DNA of 63,964 nucleotides, counting the filler, from Saprolegnia diclina VS20 (taxonomy: Eukaryota), in the NCBI RefSeq assembly GCF_000281045.1. It is 11 parts of 2 records of this genome, joined end to end, with 100 filler letters (N's around TTAATTAATTAA, not from the genome) between each part and the next. Parts side by side here need not be neighbours in the genome. Positions count along the whole stretch, not along the records: positions 57,186 to 58,409 come from NW_008246068.1; positions 58,510 to 62,830 come from NW_008246068.1; positions 62,931 to 63,964 come from NW_008246069.1; 8 more parts are not named here. One strand, 5' to 3'. Both the position numbers and the translations under genes were made by a program. This document shows positions 57,186 to 63,964 of this stretch, piece by piece (position 1 is the stretch's first letter; every line of letters starts with the position of its first letter). The notes below the pieces were generated by a model that saw only the letters and a program-made list of their open reading frames with translations, was not told the DNA's origin and did not search any database.

Positions 57186-57979
57186 TCGGGCGAGTAGTCG
57201 CGGTCGCGTGGCTGGTCGTTGCGCTGTCGCATGCGTTTGTAGTTGTCGTCGATCGCCTTGACCGCCGCAAAGAATGCTGCGTACAGGTTCTCGAGCGCGC
57301 CTGTGAGCACAAACAGCGTCTTCAACCGAAGGTTGACGACGCTCTTGAGCACCTTGGTCTCGACGTGAAGCCGTTCGTACGTCACCACCATGCGCGAGTT
57401 GTTGGCGCTCATGACGTCACGGTTGAGCAAGACGATGCGGAGTGTATACACGAGGCGAGTCGGGTCCGACGGCAACGCTTCAAAGTCGACTTGCACTTGG
57501 TGGAGCCGGTTGCAAGCGGCCTTGACGTTGTCGGCCGCGCCTGTAATGTGCAGCCGGCGCAGCGGCGACGCTATCTCCATCTCTTCGATGTCTTCAATGT
57601 AGATGTGCGTGTGAGTGGCGTCGGCGACGTGCTGGAGGCGCCCCGACGCATGCTCCGAGAGGTACGCCGCAAAGTCGGATCGAATGGGCACGACCGACTT
57701 GTCGTGCATGTATGTGGCGGTCAGGAAGGTCGGCTTGGGCTTGGCGCGCAGGAGCTTTTGCATGTGTGGCATTAGCACGCGCAGGCCCGCGTCGATCGTC
57801 CTCGGCGTGCCACCGATGCAGAGGAGGCGGCAGTCCTTGTAGACGGACGCGCCGATGATGTACATGTTGCTCTCGACCGACCGCCCGAGCTCCTTGAGCT
57901 CCGCGCTCCAGCCCGCACCGAGGCTCTGGGCCATCTCGGTTGGCACGAGCATGTACGACTTGGCCTCGTGCTCCCGCAT
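57186..57979 (-). CDS. Protein with three degenerate KH-like domains (3' end in gap)
   Basis: MLVPTEMAQSLG..RLLCIGGTPRTIDAG; VPIRSDFAAYL..HIYI..RRLHITGAADNVKAA; TLRIVL..FVLTGALENLYAA. Confidence 0.65.
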
Positions 57980-58232
57980 TGTCAACCAAAGTGACGTGTT
58001 TCTCAAGACTGCCCCGAAACGACCAGCCAGTGTTTCCAACCAGTGTGTCAGACACTGTTTCATACACTGGGTTGTCGTCAGCACGTGCTGCCTTGTAGGA
58101 AGACAGTGTTGTCGTTTGTGTATCGTACAATTCAAGGTCGTCGTAACCACTCGTCTATACTTGTGTTTCGCTCGTCGCCAAACGCTACAAGCTGCCAAGG
58201 TACCTGCCTCGTTTGGTCGTTCATGCTGCAGT

Positions 58233-58306
58233 GAGTGTGGATTGCGTGCGCTGCGAGTGTGGATTGCGTGCGCTGCGAGTGTGGATTGCGCTGCGAGGGT
58301 GGATTG
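58233..58306. repeat. Minisatellite, ~22-bp unit gagtgtggattgcgtgcgctgc, about 3.5 copies
   Basis: Directly visible tandem repeat. Confidence 0.85.
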
Positions 58307-58614
58307 TGGTGTCTCATAGCGTGCTCTTGCGTGTCATCTCGTTCTCTTGGTGCAACACGTTGCTGCTGCGTGAGCTTGGCTCGGCTGCTGTGGCATCTTA
58401 TTTTCGGCANNNNNNNNNNNNNNNNNNNNNNNNNNNNNNNNNNNNNNNNNNNNTTAATTAATTAANNNNNNNNNNNNNNNNNNNNNNNNNNNNNNNNNNN
58501 NNNNNNNNNCCTGATTGGCTAAAATCGAACACATTTCTACTCGCTGATTGGCCCCATTTCCAATCTTAAAGTTGAGATCCCAGGAGCGCCACAGCCGCAG
58601 CAGCATCGACCAGC

Positions 58615-59664
58615 ATGGCCAAGGACGCCACGGTGCGGACGCATGCACATGGTCGTAGCGTCACGAAGCTACGCGCGTAGAAGACGAAGCGCCCAGCTCG
58701 TGGAGCAGCGCAAGACGCATCGACTGAGCCGAGGGCCAAGAAGGCCAAGACGGTCAAGACTAACAAGTCCTCGACACCTGCCCCGGCGGCGGTACGACCA
58801 GAGGAAGTCAAACCGACGACGATCCTTCGTACACGTATATAGGCGCAAGCGGTGCCAGCGGCTGCTGAAGCGGCTACGACTTGCCAGGTTGGCGTCCATG
58901 CTGCAACCACGCCGTGCCAGCAACGTGTACGGTAGGCAGCGGAGCTCAAGGCGCTCCTTGCCCGCTTGCGCAAGCCCAACGGCCTGGTCTTGAGTGACCG
59001 GGCTTTGCGCGATGCATGCATAAAGCTGGGCATCGACCACGACGGCGCGAAGCTTGCCAAGCTCAAGCGCATCCGCAAGTGCATCAAGAAGGTACGTCTG
59101 CTTGGGTGCATGTTGCATGTTCATTGAATATGCAAATACTACTGCAGGTCACGGCCGCGCTCGAGGATGACTTTATCCACGAGCGCATCGCTCAAGATGC
59201 TGCGACGCTGAAGAAGCCCAGAAGCGGAAAGAAACAGGCCGTGAAGGCGGCGACGCAAGTCGTCGACGAGCGCAAGAAGCCTTTGCCCGAAGCCCAGCCA
59301 ACGCAAGGCAAGACCGGTGCATCCACGACAACCTCTGCCGGGCAGTCGGCGTGGTTCCCGACCCAAGGTCATGTGATCGACATGAACAACCCCGAGACGC
59401 TCGGCGTGCTCCTGCGTCGCCAGCGCAACTTTTGCGACGACGACGTGATCACATCCCGCGGTGTTCTTTGCGAACTTCCAGACTTTCGAGGTTTCGATTC
59501 CTCACTACGTCGTATCCTTCTCATGCATTGGGTTTGTAGCTGGGTTTGGACCCCTTGCCGACCTTCGACGCACGACCCTCGACGTCAAACCGACGCAGAT
59601 TCCGGGCCCACCGCACGTTGAATCGGAAGGAATTATCCTTCGCTCTCCCTCGCACCAAACGTAA
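58615..59664 (+). CDS. Uncharacterised basic multi-exon protein with a possible SAP/HeH-like motif
   Basis: GT-AG spliced model MAKDAT|KTKRPARG...|AAELKALLARLRKPNGLVLSDRALRDACIKLGIDHDGAKLAKLKRIRKCIKK|VTAALEDD...; CCAAT boxes upstream. Confidence 0.55.
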
Positions 59665-60780
59665 GACACATCAGCTTGACCCACTCGTTCCAGCAGCCAA
59701 CGCAACATGAACGCTTCAAGTTGTGTCTAGTCTTGTGCGAACCGAGACGCCTTTAGGTTTAATGATATGCAACAGCGTTTTTGGCTTTTGTTGTTTCGTA
59801 TATCTCAGAACACAATCCTACAGCACGGTACGCGTGCGGTGGCTTCGTCTCGCTCTCGACGTCGTTGGGCTTGGTAGCGACGCGATCGTAGGCTCACGCG
59901 CCAATCTTCGGCGCATGTATACCTTGGCGTACGCACATCCGCGCCGCGGCTGTGGAGACATACGCGTATAAACACATCATCCATTCGCCACAGATGTAAT
60001 CCTTGCCACGCACTCGCCCATCTACAAGCACGTGGCGGCAATGTCGAGCGAGGAGCAAGTGATGACGTGGACAATGACATGCTCGCCGTCAGTGCATCTA
60101 GCAACGGGAATGGGCGGGCTTTACGTCGTACCACCATCCTGCCTGCGAGAACTCGGCGTCGTGGCCCGCGAAGGCCATGCAGAACGCGAGGCTCGTTGCA
60201 CGCAAGCACCAAGTTCTGGATCCAGTCGAGCTGCTACGCATCCGCCGCGAGCCCATCGCATGCGGCGCGCCACCGTCGGCGATGAGCGCACGCGCTTCTG
60301 CACCTCGCGTTGCCGGTCCCGCCGCATCGTGTGGCCTTGTCCTCGAGCCGCTTCGTTCGATGATGACGGCGCGCATGCCATTGGATGAAATCCTATCGAC
60401 GAGAACGTCGTTTGATTCGCTTTAATATGTCCAGGATTGCAGCCCGATTGGTCGAGCACACCATTTACAAAGAAAAGTCCACACTATTTCAGAACGCCAA
60501 ACCGCCCGCCTCCAAAGGGCAATAAGAAATGACCCATGGAGCCACTCATTGCTTGTCGGGGCCGCGTGCGTCGCCCGAGCGACTCGATGGGCCTGTTGGT
60601 CATGCGCGTCCCGCCTCGAGAAGCCCGTCGCCGGCTTGCGTCTCTGGCAACAAGGTACTACCCTCTGCAGGACGACGCCCTCGATGCGAGTTCATGTTAA
60701 GGAGCTCGTCCATGGGCGCTGCCCTTGTAGAAGCGAGAACCAACATGCTTTTACGCCAACACTTGTGAATATATGCATAT

Positions 60781-60892
60781 ATATATATATATGAACGTGT
60801 TCCGCGTTATCTTCATTATGACACAAAGACTTCGCATACGTAGCGCTACGCCTGAATGCGTGGGAGTTGGCACCAGCGCTTGGTCGTTGGGA
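60781..60892 (-). mobile_element. 5'-truncated copy of the SINE-like element flanked by a 16-bp target-site duplication
   Basis: Reverse complement of 56771-56882 with about 2 substitutions. GTGAATATATGCATAT lies at both 60765-60780 and 60893-60908. Confidence 0.8.
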
Positions 60893-60932
60893 GTGAATAT
60901 ATGCATATTGGTGAAAAGTGCAGCACACGAGC

Positions 60933-61228
60933 ATGAGCATGACATGGACATCGCCTTGGACTGCCTATGAGGCTCTCAAGCTGCTTGGGGCGGGCGGCTA
61001 CGGCCAGGTCTATCTCGCCCGCCACGTCGCCACCGACCACATCGTTGCGCTCAAGGCCTTGCCGCTTGCGACCAGCGACCCTGCAAGCGCTCGGCGCGAG
61101 ATTGAGATTGCTGCCCACGTGCGCCACCCCAACCTCGTCCAGATCTACGAGGCCAAGTTTACGGTATCGTACCTGCTCTTGGCGACAGAGTACTGTCCGA
61201 ACGGCGACCTATTGGACTACAGCAGAGC
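60933..61228 (+). CDS. Ser/Thr protein kinase, N-lobe only (rest in gap)
   Basis: LLGAGGYGQVYLA..VALK..REIEI..HPNLVQIYE..TEYCPNGDL. Confidence 0.85.
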
Positions 61229-63964
61229 NNNNNNNNNNNNNNNNNNNNNNNNNNNNNNNNNNNNNNNNNNNNNNNNNNNNNNNNNNNNNNNNNNNNNNNN
61301 NNNNNNNNNNNNNNNNNNNNNNNNNNNNNNNNNNNNNNNNNNNNNNNNNNNNNNNNNNNNNNNNNNNNNNNNNNNNNNNNNNNNNNNNNNNNNNNNNNNN
61401 NNNNNNNNNNNNNNNNNNNNNNNNNNNNNNNNNNNNNNNNNNNNNNNNNNNNNNNNNNNNNNNNNNNNNNNNNNNNNNNNNNNNNNNNNNNNNNNNNNNN
61501 NNNNNNNNNNNNNNNNNNNNNNNNNNNNNNNNNNNNNNNNNNNNNNNNNNNNNNNNNNNNNNNNNNNNNNNNNNNNNNNNNNNNNNNNNNNNNNNNNNNN
61601 NNNNNNNNNNNNNNNNNNNNNNNNNNNNNNNNNNNNNNNNNNNNNNNNNNNNNNNNNNNNNNNNNNNNNNNNNNNNNNNNNNNNNNNNNNNNNNNNNNNN
61701 NNNNNNNNNNNNNNNNNNNNNNNNNNNNNNNNNNNNNNNNNNNNNNNNNNNNNNNNNNNNNNNNNNNNNNNNNNNNNNNNNNNNNNNNNNNNNNNNNNNN
61801 NNNNNNNNNNNNNNNNNNNNNNNNNNNNNNNNNNNNNNNNNNNNNNNNNNNNNNNNNNNNNNNNNNNNNNNNNNNNNNNNNNNNNNNNNNNNNNNNNNNN
61901 NNNNNNNNNNNNNNNNNNNNNNNNNNNNNNNNNNNNNNNNNNNNNNNNNNNNNNNNNNNNNNNNNNNNNNNNNNNNNNNNNNNNNNNNNNNNNNNNNNNN
62001 NNNNNNNNNNNNNNNNNNNNNNNNNNNNNNNNNNNNNNNNNNNNNNNNATCGCACACCTCGTCGTTGTCGTTGGTGTCGTCTGGGCACACAATGTCGCAG
62101 AATGCATCAAGGTACGCATTGACTGTCTTGTTGACGGCAGACAATTGGGCGAGGACAGCCGAGTATTCGAGACTCGGAACCGATGCGATCCGGTCGGTTG
62201 TGTCGCCGTCAACGGCGTCGACATTGTCGTCAAGATACTTCTTGAGTGGAATGACGTCTTGGTCATCGTTGATGATGACCTCGCGCTCGATCGCGTCGGT
62301 TTCGGCGGCCATGCGATCGCGCATTTCTGTGCTGTCGTCGATAGTGACTTCAACGTAGCCCGGATGGTCCACGCCTTTCCGACGTAAAGATATCGAAAAG
62401 CGGTATCTGCAACGATCTCGTGGTGCTCAGGATGGAATTGAGCGTCTCGTCGCACTTCTCGTGTGGTCCGACGTACGTCACATGGAATCGTCGCCCGTCC
62501 GTGACTTCCGGCAAAATCTCGGCGACTTGGATCGGCCCATCCGCAAAAAAGCAAATGCAGTGGGCGGTTGCGCACGAAGGTTAATATGATGCGCACGAGC
62601 AGCTGTGACAGTCCGCAAGGTACAGTAGCGTCGCTGATTTTTGGCGACGTCTCGCACCGCCCGTAGTCGTGGCCCTTGGCGATACTGAAGGGCGCAACGT
62701 TGTAAGACCCTGCAGTCGGGTCCTTGGCGCATATATCGAGCACAGCACGACGTTGCTTTTGTCTGGGACAAGGCTTGGGTTCAGATGATAGTGCACACCA
62801 TCAACGCGGAGCACCGACACAACTTCGGAGNNNNNNNNNNNNNNNNNNNNNNNNNNNNNNNNNNNNNNNNNNNNTTAATTAATTAANNNNNNNNNNNNNN
62901 NNNNNNNNNNNNNNNNNNNNNNNNNNNNNNGCAGTTTGTTTTACAAGTCTTCTGTCATTATACAGAACTAGACTTTCTAGAGGATGTAGCTTCGCCTTCG
63001 CCGCGACGTTACTGGTTATAAGCTAGGAGGCAGTTGGAGCAGGCGTGGTAATCGCAATGGTCGATAAACTGTTTATTGACCCTTGGTAATCGTGTGGGGT
63101 ACTATGTACTAGTAGCGCGCACACCACGCGTCTTGAGCCACCGTAGCGACCAGCTTCTAGCAAGTATATTCGGACTAACGTCGCGGCCTTGGTGGTCAGT
63201 GTCTCGGGCGTCGTAAGCTGAGCGACGCGCGAAATGCTCGATCATTGCGCTCGAGTCAAATAGAATGTATTTGTACTAAGTACTAGTACTAGTACTTGTT
63301 GGCAAGTATATGCGTCATTACTAGGTAATCACGCTAACGTTATGTATTTTTCAGCCTGACAGAAATTAGTTGCCTCTTTAATATTTTGTTTGTCTAGACT
63401 CAACCGATACTACAATCCAACGTCGGATATTGGGCATAAAGAGGCCGTATTTACTTCTTGCACTTGAGAGCTTGGCCGACGCATACTTGGTTCGCCTTGG
63501 GGCACGTTGTTAGCTCCTGAGTGCACACCATCCAGCAATTGACACTTGGCAAGGCACCGGACGAAATTAAACCCTACTTGGCGCTTTTGAACGACATGTA
63601 ATTACAATGCCAACGTTGACCCTAACCCTTCCGCGATGGTTTCGGTGATTAGACGATACCGTTCTCTGCGATTTGCGCGGTTTTTTTCGAAGTGAGAAGT
63701 GGAAGGCGCAAGTAAAAATGGCCATTATTATGTCAATTCACTTGGTTCCGAGTGCTGCTGCACTACTAGTACGCCTTGTCGCTTGTGTGCCATGGCGCTG
63801 GTTCAAGCGCACTTTGTTATATATATAATACCAAATGGCCACCAACGATTGGGCAGGTCGTTGGGAGCTTGGAACCGATACGCATTTACTAGTCGGACGA
63901 CGAAGAAGAATTAGAATTGGGGTTTATTTTTGAAGGACTGCGACGCCGTCGTGGTCCTTGCCGA

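Noticed and set aside
49462..57979. Argonaute neighbourhood as a prokaryote-style defence operon
   Set aside because: It is a eukaryotic AGO, and its neighbours (LRR kinase, syntaxin-16, GNAT) have separate promoters and no evident functional link.
56767..60896. Two inverted ~120-bp copies read as TIRs of a 4-kb DNA transposon
   Set aside because: They lie on different contigs, enclose ordinary genes, and one copy has its own TSD and tail, so they are independent insertions.
62049..62830. Minus-strand acidic ORF fragments between gaps
   Set aside because: It could be part of a spliced or decayed gene, but there is no identifiable homology and both ends are missing.
1252..62930. Recurrent TTAATTAATTAA as a biological repeat or CRISPR-like array
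   Set aside because: It is always centred in N runs and is an artificial six-frame-stop scaffolding linker.

Overview
Eukaryotic, GC-rich, gene-dense genomic window with very short (about 40-55 nt) GT-AG introns, oomycete-type Inr/FPR and CCAAT promoter elements and oomycete-typical gene families. It is most likely a Saprolegniales oomycete (Saprolegnia/Achlya-like); this is an inference. The window is a scaffold of contigs joined by N-gaps, ten of which carry an artificial TTAATTAATTAA six-frame-stop linker. Recognisable genes: MsrA, an ankyrin-repeat protein, an OPT/YSL transporter, threonine synthase (with an unusual C-terminal hydrophobic tail), several kinases (tandem TKL, MAK/ICK-like RCK, LRR receptor-like), a cysteine-less ferredoxin resembling complex I C1-FDX, a DENN+PDZ-like protein, a PH/poly-Pro/WH2 protein, a START-FYVE-GAF protein, a slicer-type Argonaute with an RGG N-terminus, syntaxin-16, a GNAT and a KH-repeat protein. 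The 7.6-30 kb stretch holds two tandemly amplified families of unknown function: six paralogs with a GxGWHWYNxSxDGxCAFC signature and a possibly NuiA-like C-terminus, and four copies of a double Myb-like 'CxPMRxSKK' protein. Mobile DNA includes a decayed LINE fragment, a MITE-like element, a possible MULE relic, and a highly structured SINE-like element with a truncated second copy flanked by a 16-bp target-site duplication.
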